Below are positions 50,228-60,147 of a stretch of DNA of 64,000 bases, piece by piece. This DNA is from Thermoplasmatota archaeon (GTDB lineage Archaea; Thermoplasmatota; E2; UBA202; JdFR-43), in contig JAPDJP010000016.1 of the NCBI GenBank assembly GCA_029259055.1, positions 13,019 through 77,018 of the forward strand, read 5' to 3'. The notes under the pieces are model-generated. The model was not told where the DNA came from. It worked only from the letters and a program-made list of their open reading frames with translations, and made no database searches. Numbering within the stretch: the first letter of the stretch is position 1; every line of letters begins with the position of its first letter. The translations under genes were made by a program, and so were the position numbers.

Positions 50228-50816
50228 AGTTATAAAATGTATTAAAGAAAGGAGAAGTATAAGGAATTTTTTAGATAAGAAGATACCAAAGGAAATTATA
50301 GAAGAAATAATAGAGGCTGGAAAATATGCTCCATCTGCGGAAGACAGACAGCCTTGGAAATTTATTGTTGTTACAAAAAAAGAATTGATACAAGAACTAT
50401 CTAATGAAATTAAGAAACAAATCAAAAGAATTTTAGATAAGAAAAGGAAATGGAAAAAGAAATTTAAGGAATTAGAAGATGAGCGCCTGGTTTTATTTTT
50501 GAAAGCAATAGCAAATTCTAAAGAAGATGTTATATTTTATAATGCTCCTCTTGTGATTTTTATAATTTGTGAGGATGAAATTTTTAATGACGAATCATGC
50601 GCCTGCTGTGCCCAAAATATGATGCTTTCCGCTTGGAGCATGGGGATTGGAAGCTGTTGGATAGGATTTGCAAAGTTTTTGGAAGCAAATGAAGAAGTGA
50701 TGGAAAGGTTAGAAATTCCAGAAGGACACCATATTTCAGCTTGCATTGTTTTTGGTTATCCAGCAAAAGTACCAAAGGCAACTATAAGAAAACCAACTTT
50801 TATAAAATGGTTTTAA
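50220..50816 (+). CDS. Nitroreductase family flavoprotein
   Basis: RRSIR, APSA..QPW, AQNMML.A..GIGSCWIG, FGYP. Confidence 0.9.
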   Translation: MNEVIKCIKERRSIRNFLDKKIPKEIIEEIIEAGKYAPSAEDRQPWKFIVVTKKELIQELSNEIKKQIKRILDKKRKWKKKFKELEDERLVLFLKAIANSKEDVIFYNAPLVIFIICEDEIFNDESCACCAQNMMLSAWSMGIGSCWIGFAKFLEANEEVMERLEIPEGHHISACIVFGYPAKVPKATIRKPTFIKWF

Positions 50817-51409
50817 CTTCTTTTTCTAATAGCCAGCAGTATAATAAAAATTCCTAAGATTATGGAAATAATTCCCATTAAAAAAACCAAGATATTTTGT
50901 CCTTCCTTTTCTTCAAATTCTATTATGATTTTTTCTCCAATTTTTGGATCAAATGAGGAAAAATAAATGCCATTTTCATATTTTAAAGGTATATTCCCTC
51001 TTACAAACTTGTTTGTTTGGATTTTAATTTCTATTTTATCAGTATCATATATGATTTTTCTCTCAAACTTATTTTTTATTTCATATTCTATATCCATAGA
51101 AATGTTCCCCTTTGGAGGAATGGCGAAGTCATACACACTTAAATTTAGTAAAATTGTGTTATTTTCCAGAAAGAAATTATCAGTCACTCCATCCATTTTT
51201 ATTTTTGCTTCCTCCGTATTTAACCATATATTCAAAGTATTGTTATAAGGGTGATTGGCTATATTTTCAAAAATTATTTTTTCCGTGACCATATCATTTT
51301 TTATTTCGATAATATGTAATGGTATCTTTATTACTTCTATATCCTTCTTTTCCTCACCAGATTGGCAAAATGGTAGTAAGAGAATTAAAAGAATCAAAAG
51401 CCTCTTCAT
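50813..51409 (-). CDS. Hypothetical exported protein with C-terminal TM anchor
   Basis: Signal peptide; C-terminal hydrophobic helix followed by RKRS. Confidence 0.65.
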   Translation of the reverse strand: MKRLLILLILLLPFCQSGEEKKDIEVIKIPLHIIEIKNDMVTEKIIFENIANHPYNNTLNIWLNTEEAKIKMDGVTDNFFLENNTILLNLSVYDFAIPPKGNISMDIEYEIKNKFERKIIYDTDKIEIKIQTNKFVRGNIPLKYENGIYFSSFDPKIGEKIIIEFEEKEGQNILVFLMGIISIILGIFIILLAIRKRS

Positions 51410-51539
51410 CTTTCCTTATCTAAATTTTATTATTTATTATTTGTGATGCATACTATTTGTAATAAATTTCAAACAAAATATTTCAAATAAATGCAGCAAA
51501 CAAGCGTAAATAAAAAATACGCGATTTTAATATAAACTG

Positions 51540-51612
51540 GGGCTCGTGGTCTAGTGGTTATGACGTCGCCCTTACGAGGCGAAGGTCCCCGGTTCGAATC
51601 CGGGCGAGCCCA
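51540..51612 (+). tRNA. tRNA-Val (TAC)
   Basis: GGGCTCG/CGAGCCC acceptor stem; anticodon loop CTTACGA; GGTTCGAATCC. Confidence 0.96.
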
Positions 51613-51783
51613 CTATATACAGTAATTTCCAAGAATTTTTGGAAATAAATGAGTATATTTTATATCATCTATTCCACATATATATCTCGTAAGTCTTTCT
51701 ATGCCGATTCCAAAGCCAGCGGAAGGATATATACCTCTTTTAACCATTGATAGATAAGGATAAAACATTTTTTCATCTATGTC
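51613..51783 (-). pseudogene. C-terminal fragment of an AsnRS-like protein (archaeal asparagine synthetase type)
   Basis: YL..PSAGFGIGIERLTRYICG..I..FPK class II motif 3; upstream part missing. Confidence 0.75.
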
Positions 51784-52176
51784 AAGAAAAACCGTAAATG
51801 AGATAGCGAAGGAAGTTAGGTTGCCAAGAACAACGGTTGGAGAAAGAATAAAAAAGCTAGTTAAAAAGGGAATAATAAAAAAATTCACCGCCATTCTAAA
51901 TTATGAAAAAATAGAAAACCAATAACAGCTTTTGTTCTAGTTTCGTTTGTTCCTCATCCAAATGTTTCACAACGAGAGCTGGCTAGGGAAATTGCTAGAA
52001 TAGAAAATGTGCATGAGGTTTATATAATATCTGGGGAATGGGATTTATTGTTAAAAGTGAGGGGAAAAGATATGGAGGAGATTGGCCATCTCATATTGGA
52101 TAAATTAAGGAGCATGAAAGGTGTTGGCAAAACAGTTACATGCACGTGCTTTAGTGTAGTGAAGGAGGAAATATGA
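51779..52176 (+). pseudogene. Lrp/AsnC regulator, N-truncated and frameshifted
   Basis: SRKTVNEIAKEV.LPRTTV.ERIKKL..GIIKKF, stop at 51923; other frame EVYIISGEWDLLLKV..GVGKTVT. Confidence 0.8.
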
Positions 52177-52715
52177 TGAAATTAAAAATAACATTAATAT
52201 TGCTTATTTGTGTCTCAGGATGCCTCACATTTGAATGGCAACCTGAATATGAAGTCAAGTATAAAGTATATGTTGTTAACGTTATAGATGGAGATACTTT
52301 TGATGCCATCTTTCCAGATGGAAATGTAGAGAGAGTTAGATTGCTGGGTGTGGATGCGCCAGAAAAAAGTGCAGAAAATAACAAGCCAAATGAATATGAT
52401 GGAATAACAGATTTAGATTGCCTTGCTTATTGGGGAATAAAAGCAAAAAAATTTGCTGAAAAATGGATCGAGGGAAAAGATGTTTATATTGAATTTGATA
52501 CCGCTGCTGGATTTAAAGGATATTATGGAAGATGGCTTTGTTATGTTTATTTGGAAAATGGAACAGATTTTAATGCTGAATTGATAAAGAAAGGATATGC
52601 AAGAGTTTATGTAGAGGGAGAGTTCTCTAAGGAAAACTATTATTTAACTTTGCAACAGGAAGCAATGGAAAGTAGCGTTGGATTATGGAGTTGTATGCCG
52701 ACGATTTTTCAGTAA
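52173..52715 (+). CDS. Thermonuclease (SNase) family lipoprotein
   Basis: Lipobox VSGC; VIDGDT, RVRLLGVDAPE, YGRWLCYVY. Confidence 0.9.
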   Translation: MMKLKITLILLICVSGCLTFEWQPEYEVKYKVYVVNVIDGDTFDAIFPDGNVERVRLLGVDAPEKSAENNKPNEYDGITDLDCLAYWGIKAKKFAEKWIEGKDVYIEFDTAAGFKGYYGRWLCYVYLENGTDFNAELIKKGYARVYVEGEFSKENYYLTLQQEAMESSVGLWSCMPTIFQ

Positions 52716-52789
52716 GTTCATATGCTTCTTTAGAGTATTGAAAGAGTCCATGTTATGATGGTTATTAATATAGCAAAAATAGACTTAGG

Positions 52790-52900
52790 ATAAGATGCAT
52801 ATGAAAGCATTCAGAAGGTAGAAATAAAAATTGATGACGAGGATTGGATGCTTGCTGATGGCAAAAATTCATGGAGTTATGAGTTGGATACTTATTGCTA
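52790..52900 (+). pseudogene. Ig-like domain fragment
   Basis: SIQKVEIKIDDEDWMLADGKNSWSYELDT with no intact gene around it. Confidence 0.5.
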
Positions 52901-53052
52901 ATGGGCAAGCGGATGATATCAAATAGCACTTCAATCTCCTAACCAGTATTTTGAAATATTGATAAAAATTACCGTTTCTCCTTGAAAATAAAAAGAAAAG
53001 AAGAATAGCCAAAAAAACCAAGAAAATTAAATAACCAATTTTATAAAATATT

Positions 53053-54306
53053 ATGAAGAAAAAGATAATTTACGTATGCATCTTAATATTAGTCTGTTCA
53101 TTTAATATTACAATTGAAAAAGAAATATCCATTCATAATGGAGGAACATTGTATGTGGGTGGGGATGGTCCAGGAAATTACAGCAAAATACAAGATGCAA
53201 TAAATGATGCGAATGATGGTGATACAATTTTTGTATATAGTGGCGTATATTACGAAAATTTATACATAAATAAGAGCATAAAGTTAATAGGAGAGAATAA
53301 AAATGAAACAATAATAGATGGAAATATTGAAGGAATTGTCATTAATGTTGTTTCTGATAGGGTACTTATTAAAAATTTTAAAATAAGAAATTGGGAAATT
53401 ATAAATGCAACAGGTATTAAAGTTTCTGGAGATGGAGTAGTTATCAAAAATAATATAATAACGGAACCCAATTGGTGGGGAGAGGGATTATTTGTCTTTA
53501 AATCTCAAAATTGTTCTATCATAAAAAATTTATTTCTAAATAGCTGTATAATTTTGGAGAATATAAGTTATAGTACAATAGATAGTAACAGGTTAAGTGG
53601 CGAATATCCATTCTTCTTTATACAACTTAAAAATTCCACAAATAGTGTTATCTCCGGAAATATGGTAAATAATAGTGACGGAGGCGGCGTGATAACAATA
53701 AATTCATCCTCTATCAAAATATATAATAATTCCATTAGTAGCAATAATTATGCAGGCATTAATCTCTGCAGCTCTTCCCATAACATGGTCCAAAATAATT
53801 TGTTAAGAGGGATTGAAAGCGGGCTATCAATATACAATTCAAATAATAATACTATATCAAATAATGCCATTCTTTTTAGTATAATAGGAATTGAATCTTC
53901 AAATTGCTTAAATAATACTATATCAAATAATGTTATCCGTCTTTCTCGAATTGCTATTTATTTCGAAGATGACACAGAATGTAAAATTTTAGAAAATAGC
54001 ATTGTTTTAAATGGTATAGGAATTTTTTTATTTGGTAATGATTTTGGATCCCATGATAATACAATTTTAAATAACAACCTTGTAAATATTATAAATGCCT
54101 GTCTTGAAGGATACTGGGGACCATATCAAAAGAAACCAAAATTTGATAATAAGTGGTTACGTAATTATTGGTGGAATTGGCCTTCTATTTTCCCAAAGCC
54201 AATTTTTGGAGTAATGTCAAGATGGGACGGTATTTTATATCCTTTATTAAACTTTGATTTTCTTCCTCGCTTAATTCCATATAGTTATGGGCCCGCGGAG
54301 ATTTGA
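53053..54306 (+). CDS. NosD/CASH right-handed beta-helix surface protein
   Basis: TLYVGGDGPGNYSKIQDAINDA, GDTIFVYSGVYYE, NNTISNN repeats, NYW. Confidence 0.9.
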   Translation: MKKKIIYVCILILVCSFNITIEKEISIHNGGTLYVGGDGPGNYSKIQDAINDANDGDTIFVYSGVYYENLYINKSIKLIGENKNETIIDGNIEGIVINVVSDRVLIKNFKIRNWEIINATGIKVSGDGVVIKNNIITEPNWWGEGLFVFKSQNCSIIKNLFLNSCIILENISYSTIDSNRLSGEYPFFFIQLKNSTNSVISGNMVNNSDGGGVITINSSSIKIYNNSISSNNYAGINLCSSSHNMVQNNLLRGIESGLSIYNSNNNTISNNAILFSIIGIESSNCLNNTISNNVIRLSRIAIYFEDDTECKILENSIVLNGIGIFLFGNDFGSHDNTILNNNLVNIINACLEGYWGPYQKKPKFDNKWLRNYWWNWPSIFPKPIFGVMSRWDGILYPLLNFDFLPRLIPYSYGPAEI

Positions 54307-54362
54307 ACTCCGGACCTCTCGGTTATCAGCCGAGCGCTCCAACCAGGCTAAGCTACGGGCCC
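54288..54362 (-). tRNA. tRNA-Ile (GAT)
   Basis: Reverse complement GGGCCCGTAGCTTAG...CTCGGCTGATAACCGAG...GTTCAAATCTCCGCGGGCCCA. Confidence 0.96.
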
Positions 54363-54440
54363 CCTTTTAGAATATAAAAAAGTTTTATAAATTCTTTCAT
54401 AAAAAGTTTTATATACCTAACAAAGATAGGTTAATAGAAC

Positions 54441-54821
54441 ATGCATAGATATATAAAAGAGATTTATAGAGCCTATGAAGAGGGCATACCATTAGTTGGG
54501 CCAACGTATATTTCAAAGGTTTTGGAAGTAAGTAAAACAACCGCTCAACAAGCTTTAAAAAATTTAGCAAAAAAGGGATACGGAAAATATATTGAAAGAA
54601 AGGGATTCATTATAAATTCAAAAGGAATAGATGAAGCGAAAAAATTGATAAGAAAGCACAGATTGCTCGAAGCTTTTCTTGTTGAAATATTTTGTTTAGA
54701 CGCGGAGGAGGCTTGTAGGGAAGCGAGCAAAATAGATGCTTTTGCTAGTGAAAATTTAATAAATTTAATAGAAGAGAAATATAAATTTACAGAATGTCCT
54801 TGTGGCAACAAAATTCCATGA
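54441..54821 (+). CDS. DtxR/MntR-family metal-dependent regulator
   Basis: YIKEIY, HTH, RKHRLLE.FL, CPCGNKIP. Confidence 0.88.
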   Translation: MHRYIKEIYRAYEEGIPLVGPTYISKVLEVSKTTAQQALKNLAKKGYGKYIERKGFIINSKGIDEAKKLIRKHRLLEAFLVEIFCLDAEEACREASKIDAFASENLINLIEEKYKFTECPCGNKIP

Positions 54822-55759
54822 AATTAATCATCATTGTATTGGTTATACTGCTCCCGATGGCTAATGCGATGAATATAGTTGTTTCTATACCAGATTTTGA
54901 ATCCATTTTAAAAGAAATTGCGCCAGATGAAAATATAACGGTTATTTTGCCAAAAGGAACAGATCCTCATAGTTTTTCTATAACAAAAGAAGTTATTGAT
55001 GAAATAAAAGGAGCAGATTTAATAATTTTAGCAAATTCGAATTTATTTTCTTTTGAGAAAAATATTAAAGAAAATTGGAAAGAAAAAGAATATTTAGATA
55101 TAGAAGATTATAATATAAGCTTGTTAGATTTTGATGACTTTAAGAAAAATCCTCACGGATATTGGCTTTATATAAATAATACAATAGCAATTGCTTTTGC
55201 CATTGCAAAAAAACTTTCTCAAATTGAGCCAGAAAAAGAAGAATATTACATAAAAAATTATGAAATGCTGGAAAAGAGGCTGAAAGAATTTGAAAAATTG
55301 GTTATAGAGATTTCTAAGGATAGAGGTATATATGGAAAAAAAGTTGTTGCGGCGGTGCCAGGAGTTTGTTATATTGTAAAAAATGTTGGAATGGATGCGG
55401 ATAAAATATTGTTTTCTGAAGGAACATCTCTTCTAAACATAAAAGAAATGGAAGCAATAAAAGAAAAGCTGAAAAGTGGAGAATATATAGGTATCGTTGC
55501 TCCAGAATTTTTAAAATATTCTAAAGTTGGGGAAGTTATCCAACAAATTGCAGAAGATACAAATTCTTCCCTAATATTTGTTAAATTTGCTGAAGGAGGG
55601 GATTTGATAAACATTTTCTATTACAATTTATATCAATTTTTGGTTGAAGAAAAGAATAGGAATGAAGAGGGGAGTCTCGTATACGTATTGTTATTATTAC
55701 TAGTAATTTTGGTTATTGTAGAGGGTTGTATAATCTACAAATTATATAGGAGGTGGTAA
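54818..55759 (+). CDS. Zn/Mn ABC transporter substrate-binding protein with C-terminal anchor
   Basis: DPHSF, NPHGYWL; ATGA-coupled start at 54818. Confidence 0.88.
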   Translation: MKLIIIVLVILLPMANAMNIVVSIPDFESILKEIAPDENITVILPKGTDPHSFSITKEVIDEIKGADLIILANSNLFSFEKNIKENWKEKEYLDIEDYNISLLDFDDFKKNPHGYWLYINNTIAIAFAIAKKLSQIEPEKEEYYIKNYEMLEKRLKEFEKLVIEISKDRGIYGKKVVAAVPGVCYIVKNVGMDADKILFSEGTSLLNIKEMEAIKEKLKSGEYIGIVAPEFLKYSKVGEVIQQIAEDTNSSLIFVKFAEGGDLINIFYYNLYQFLVEEKNRNEEGSLVYVLLLLLVILVIVEGCIIYKLYRRW

Positions 55760-55760
55760 A

Positions 55761-56504
55761 ATGATAGAAGTTAAAAACATAAGTTTTTCATATAATAGCA
55801 AAGAAGTACTTAAGGACATTTCTTTTACATTATCAAAGGAATTTCTCGCAATCATGGGTCCAAATGGTTCAGGAAAAACCACATTAATAAAACTGATTAT
55901 GGGCTTTTTAAAGCCGCTTAAAGGAAGTATTAGAATTTTTGGAAAAACACCCGAAGAATCAAGAGAATTTATAGGCTATATGCCACAAAGAGAAGCAATA
56001 GCGAGACATTTTCCCATTAGAGTAAAAGATATTGTTTTGATGGGGATAAAAAAGAGATTTTATACAAAAGATGATATAGAAATGGCAAAAAAAGCTTTAG
56101 AAGAAGTAGATATGTTGGATTTTTGGGACAATAAATTTAATGCACTGAGCCAAGGACAGCAACAAAGAGTTTTATTTGCAAGAGCTTTGGTAAAAAACCC
56201 AAAATTAATCATATTAGATGAGCCTTTCAATGCTGTTGATTTGCCAAGTAGAGAAAAAATGATCGAAGTGCTAAAGGAAAAAAGGCAAAAAGGGAAAGAA
56301 ATAATAGTTGTTGTTCATAATGTAAATCCAATTTTACATGAAATTGATAAAGTATTGCTTTTAAATAAAATTAAGATAGCATTTGGAAAGCCAAAAGAAG
56401 TTTTAAATCAAGAAAATTTAAGGAGAACTTATGGAATAGATGTTCAAATTATTATTTGCGAAGAAGGATATTGTCATCCATTAGTAGGGGATACACATGC
56501 TTGA
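55761..56504 (+). CDS. Zn/Mn ABC transporter ATPase
   Basis: GPNGSGKTT, GYMPQ, LSQGQQQRV, ILDEP. Confidence 0.93.
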   Translation: MIEVKNISFSYNSKEVLKDISFTLSKEFLAIMGPNGSGKTTLIKLIMGFLKPLKGSIRIFGKTPEESREFIGYMPQREAIARHFPIRVKDIVLMGIKKRFYTKDDIEMAKKALEEVDMLDFWDNKFNALSQGQQQRVLFARALVKNPKLIILDEPFNAVDLPSREKMIEVLKEKRQKGKEIIVVVHNVNPILHEIDKVLLLNKIKIAFGKPKEVLNQENLRRTYGIDVQIIICEEGYCHPLVGDTHA

Positions 56505-57255
56505 TGAATATATTATAAGGGCTATTATTGCCATATTCCTGCTCTCAATAAATGCTTCCTTGGCGGGAACATTTACCATTTTCAAAGATATCCCTTTTCT
56601 TGTTGCTGGCGCTGCCCACGCCGCTCTGGCGGGAGCAGCCCTTTTTATTGCTTTAAATTTTTATCCAATGGTTGGAGCAATATTTTTTGCCATTTTTGTC
56701 GCCCTTTTTGCATCAAAAGCCAAGCAAGCTAATGTTGCAATTGGAATTTCCTTTGCTTTTTCAATGTCTTTGGCTGTAATGTTCATTTCATTAATAAGAG
56801 AGCAGGCAGCTAGAGTATGGGGTCTTCTTTTTGGCGATTTGCTATTACTCACGAATAGAGATATAATATTAATGGCTATTATGACAACAATTCTAATCAT
56901 AATATACTTACTTTTTCATAGAGAATTTCTCTTTATATCTTTTGATATGGAGGGGGCGATGTCGCTGGGAATAAAAGTTAAGCTATATAATTATTTACTT
57001 TTGGCAACAATATCTGTAGCGACAGTTATTATTATGAAAGCGGTTGGAGCAATTTTGGTATATGCGATGTTAATAGCGCCTGCGGGGGCAGCAAATAAAA
57101 GAGCAAATAGCGTTATGCAAGTTTTTGTTTTATCAGCATTGTTTGCACTACTTGCTGGATTTTTTGGATTGATCGCATCCTTTTTTATTCCCTTCTCGCC
57201 CTCTGCTTTATCGGCATTGATAGCGACATCAATTTTTTTGATTATGATGCGTTAG
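56497..57255 (+). CDS. Zn/Mn ABC transporter permease
   Basis: HAALAG, LFGDLL, SFD..A..G, VGAILV. Confidence 0.92.
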   Translation: MLDEYIIRAIIAIFLLSINASLAGTFTIFKDIPFLVAGAAHAALAGAALFIALNFYPMVGAIFFAIFVALFASKAKQANVAIGISFAFSMSLAVMFISLIREQAARVWGLLFGDLLLLTNRDIILMAIMTTILIIIYLLFHREFLFISFDMEGAMSLGIKVKLYNYLLLATISVATVIIMKAVGAILVYAMLIAPAGAANKRANSVMQVFVLSALFALLAGFFGLIASFFIPFSPSALSALIATSIFLIMMR

Positions 57256-57291
57256 GAAAATATTTTAATAAAAATTAATATTTCATTTTAA

Positions 57292-57363
57292 GCCCCGGTG
57301 GTGTAGCGGTTATCATGTGGGCCTGTCGAGCCCACGACCCGAGTTCAAATCTCGGCCGGGGCG
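57292..57363 (+). tRNA. tRNA-Asp (GTC)
   Basis: GCCCCGG/CCGGGGC acceptor stem; loop CTGTCGA; GTTCAAATC. Confidence 0.96.
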
Positions 57364-57391
57364 CTATTTTTATTTAAAAAAGTCAATAAGA

Positions 57392-57961
57392 TTATAACAT
57401 TATAAGATTATACAAAAGCAGATTATACAAAAGCATTGATAGAAAAGAAGTTATCGGAACAAAAAAATTATCTTTTTTAGAGTATGCTTCTGCCAGCATC
57501 CCTGCAATTGTTCCAACAATCGTCAAATACAAATCTTGTAAAACAATATATACGAAAGGAAAAGAAATTAATATAGCAGAGAAAGTCCCAATATATGTTT
57601 TTTGAGAATATGGAAATTTTCTTTTTCCGTATCTCATACCAATTATACTTGAAAAGGTATCTCCTATAGAAAAGATGAGCATAGAAGCAGTTACAATTTC
57701 TTTTCCTGTTAAGGAAACAATGCTTATACTAATTATGCTTATTACACTCATTGCTAAAAAATACAAAAAGACCCTTTCCACTTCTTTTAAATATATAGTT
57801 AGAAAGGAAGAGAAAATACATGATACAATGAAAAAAATTGTTAAATAGAAAGGATATAAATAAAAAAGAATTGCAAATAAGCAGCCAAATATAAGATGAA
57901 CTAACTTTCTTATATTATGATGAAAAATTATATATTCATACACTTTTCTAATTGTGAGCAT
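57392..57961 (-). CDS. CTP-dependent polyprenol/phytol kinase-like membrane protein (start uncertain)
   Basis: RKLVHL, GDTFSSIIG..YG, KTYIGT, AE..DNF.VP. Confidence 0.75.
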   Translation of the reverse strand: MLTIRKVYEYIIFHHNIRKLVHLIFGCLFAILFYLYPFYLTIFFIVSCIFSSFLTIYLKEVERVFLYFLAMSVISIISISIVSLTGKEIVTASMLIFSIGDTFSSIIGMRYGKRKFPYSQKTYIGTFSAILISFPFVYIVLQDLYLTIVGTIAGMLAEAYSKKDNFFVPITSFLSMLLYNLLLYNLIML

Positions 57962-60143
57962 TGGGGATTTTATTATTAAAAATAGAAAGAAGTTTTTAAT
58001 TTTAATTATTTGCATAACAATATTCTTCATAAGTATATTATCAAAAGGAATTAAATATGAATTTGAAGAGGAAAGCTTTTTGCCAGAAAATGAAGTTGTG
58101 AAAGCAAATGAAAGAATACTAAAGGAATATACAAAGGAATATATAGTTCCGATACTAATAAAATCAAAAAGCGGGAATGTATTAAATAAGAGCAATTTAA
58201 TTGAAATATTAATTATAGAGAAAAAATTGTATGAAAATTTTAGTGTAATGCCAATTAGTATTGCAGATATTATTATAACGAATGCAACTTATGAAGAAAA
58301 AATCAAAATAATAAAAAAATTAAGTGATAAAAACATTACACAAATAATAAGTTTGCCATTTTTTAAAAAATATGCCTCTCTTTTTCTCTCAAAAGATTTT
58401 AATGGAAAAGAAGCGAAGGCAACAATAATAAAATTTGGTTTAAATGGTTCATTAATAAAGAATAGGAAATATGCATTAGAAAATGAAAGTAAAATTTCTG
58501 CTATAATAGGAGATAATTATAAATACATAGAAGTGAGCGTTTTAGGGCTAAGAAGTATTGCTAAACAAATAATGGATGCAAACAATAAGTCATTGATAAT
58601 TTTATTGCCATTGTCATTTATACTTGTTGTTATAATTCTAATTTTTGTCTTTGGAAATTTTAAGGATGTTATAATTAGTTTATTGGCGCTAGCCCTAGCA
58701 ATTATATGGATGATCGGATTTGGATGCTTACTAGATTTTACTTTTAATCCTCTTCTTACCTCAATACCAGTACTACTTGTTGGTTTAGGTATTGATTATG
58801 GAATCCATATTAAGAAGAAAATTGAAGAAAGCGGAATCGATGGCGTTGATAAAGTTGCAATGGCTTTATTTTTATCCGCATTTACAACTTCTATAGCTTT
58901 CTTATCAAACACTTCCTCGACCATTCAAAGTTTAAAACAATTTGGAATCCTTTCTTCTTTTGGAATTTTTTCTTGCCTGTTTATAATGCTTTTTTTTATG
59001 ACAACTGAAAAAGAAAAAAAGAAAAAAAGGAAAAAGGAATTAGAAATAAAAATAGCCCATTTTATCAAGAGAAATAAAAAAATTATCGCTACCTTAACTT
59101 TCATTCTGACCTTAATATTTTCATTTTTTGCTCTTTCCATAAAAGCAGAATTTGATATGCTGGATTTCTTGCCAAAAGAAATGAAAGTTACCCATGATAT
59201 AGAATATTTGTTAGAAAATTTCAAGGCGGCGGAGGGGGAGGAAGCAATAATTGTAATAAAGGGAGATGTTTTAGAGCCATCTATTTTTAAAAAAATACAT
59301 AATATAGAAGAAAATTTAGGAGACGATAAATATGTTGTTAAAGAGGGAATTTTATCAATATCTTCATTGATGGAAGATTATGCAGATGTTTATGGTATTA
59401 GATATAATAAAAGCTTTTCCTTACTATATAAAAAATATTTTGAGAATGGCTTGCCAAAAGAAAATACAACAAGAGAGAATATTAGAGAACTATATGATTT
59501 GCTATACAGGATAAATCCATATGATGTCAAAAGAATACTACATGAGGGATATGACGAATGCATAATAAGGATTCCAACAAATACGCAAAAGGAAGAGAAA
59601 AATATAAAAATTTTATATAAAGAATTAAAAGAAGATTGCAATGATGGATTAATAACTGGAGGTATAATAACAAGTTATATTCTACTAAAAGAATTGAGAA
59701 GAAGCCAAATAAATTCCTTAATGATAACAATACTGATTTCCTTTATAATTTTAGAAAGTATTTTTATAAGAAAGAAAAAACTTATTGGTATAATTTCACT
59801 ATCTCCAGTTATAATATCTGCCATATGGATTATTGGGACAATGTCCCTTCTTAATATACCTCTTACAATAACAACTATAACGGTTGCTTCTTTAGCTGTT
59901 GGTTTAGGGATAGATTATTCTATTCATATGACATATAGTTTCATAAGAGAAAAGGATATGATTAAATGTATATCTTCAACAAGCATTGCTTTATTTGGTT
60001 CTGCTTTAACAACAATAGCATCATTTTCTTTATTATCATTTTCTTTTTTACCTCCTTTAAAAATTTTTGGTATATCTATAGCAATAGCTATATCATATAG
60101 CTTTCTTTTATGTGTTTTTGTTTTACCAATCTTTTTAGAATAG
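57954..60143 (+). CDS. RND superfamily MMPL/HAE3 exporter
   Basis: Two repeats with GLGIDYGIH / GLGIDYSIH; about 12 TM helices. Confidence 0.9.
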   Translation: MSIGDFIIKNRKKFLILIICITIFFISILSKGIKYEFEEESFLPENEVVKANERILKEYTKEYIVPILIKSKSGNVLNKSNLIEILIIEKKLYENFSVMPISIADIIITNATYEEKIKIIKKLSDKNITQIISLPFFKKYASLFLSKDFNGKEAKATIIKFGLNGSLIKNRKYALENESKISAIIGDNYKYIEVSVLGLRSIAKQIMDANNKSLIILLPLSFILVVIILIFVFGNFKDVIISLLALALAIIWMIGFGCLLDFTFNPLLTSIPVLLVGLGIDYGIHIKKKIEESGIDGVDKVAMALFLSAFTTSIAFLSNTSSTIQSLKQFGILSSFGIFSCLFIMLFFMTTEKEKKKKRKKELEIKIAHFIKRNKKIIATLTFILTLIFSFFALSIKAEFDMLDFLPKEMKVTHDIEYLLENFKAAEGEEAIIVIKGDVLEPSIFKKIHNIEENLGDDKYVVKEGILSISSLMEDYADVYGIRYNKSFSLLYKKYFENGLPKENTTRENIRELYDLLYRINPYDVKRILHEGYDECIIRIPTNTQKEEKNIKILYKELKEDCNDGLITGGIITSYILLKELRRSQINSLMITILISFIILESIFIRKKKLIGIISLSPVIISAIWIIGTMSLLNIPLTITTITVASLAVGLGIDYSIHMTYSFIREKDMIKCISSTSIALFGSALTTIASFSLLSFSFLPPLKIFGISIAIAISYSFLLCVFVLPIFLE

Positions 60144-60147
60144 CTAA

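Noticed and set aside
51613-51894. 93-aa ORF as a real gene
   Set aside because: Chimeric: the N-terminal part is the antisense of the lrp remnant and only the C-terminal part is AsnRS-like
53845-53932. 22-bp direct repeat in the NosD gene
   Set aside because: Explained by adjacent beta-helix coils (NNTISNN)
54415-54431. ACCTA-N7-TAGGT as a DtxR operator
   Set aside because: Only 5-bp arms, with orientation opposite to the canonical TTAGG..CCTAA box; too weak to call
57962-58195. N-terminal extension of the kinase ORF to 267 aa
   Set aside because: Lies antisense within the MMPL gene; family motifs begin only at RKLVH
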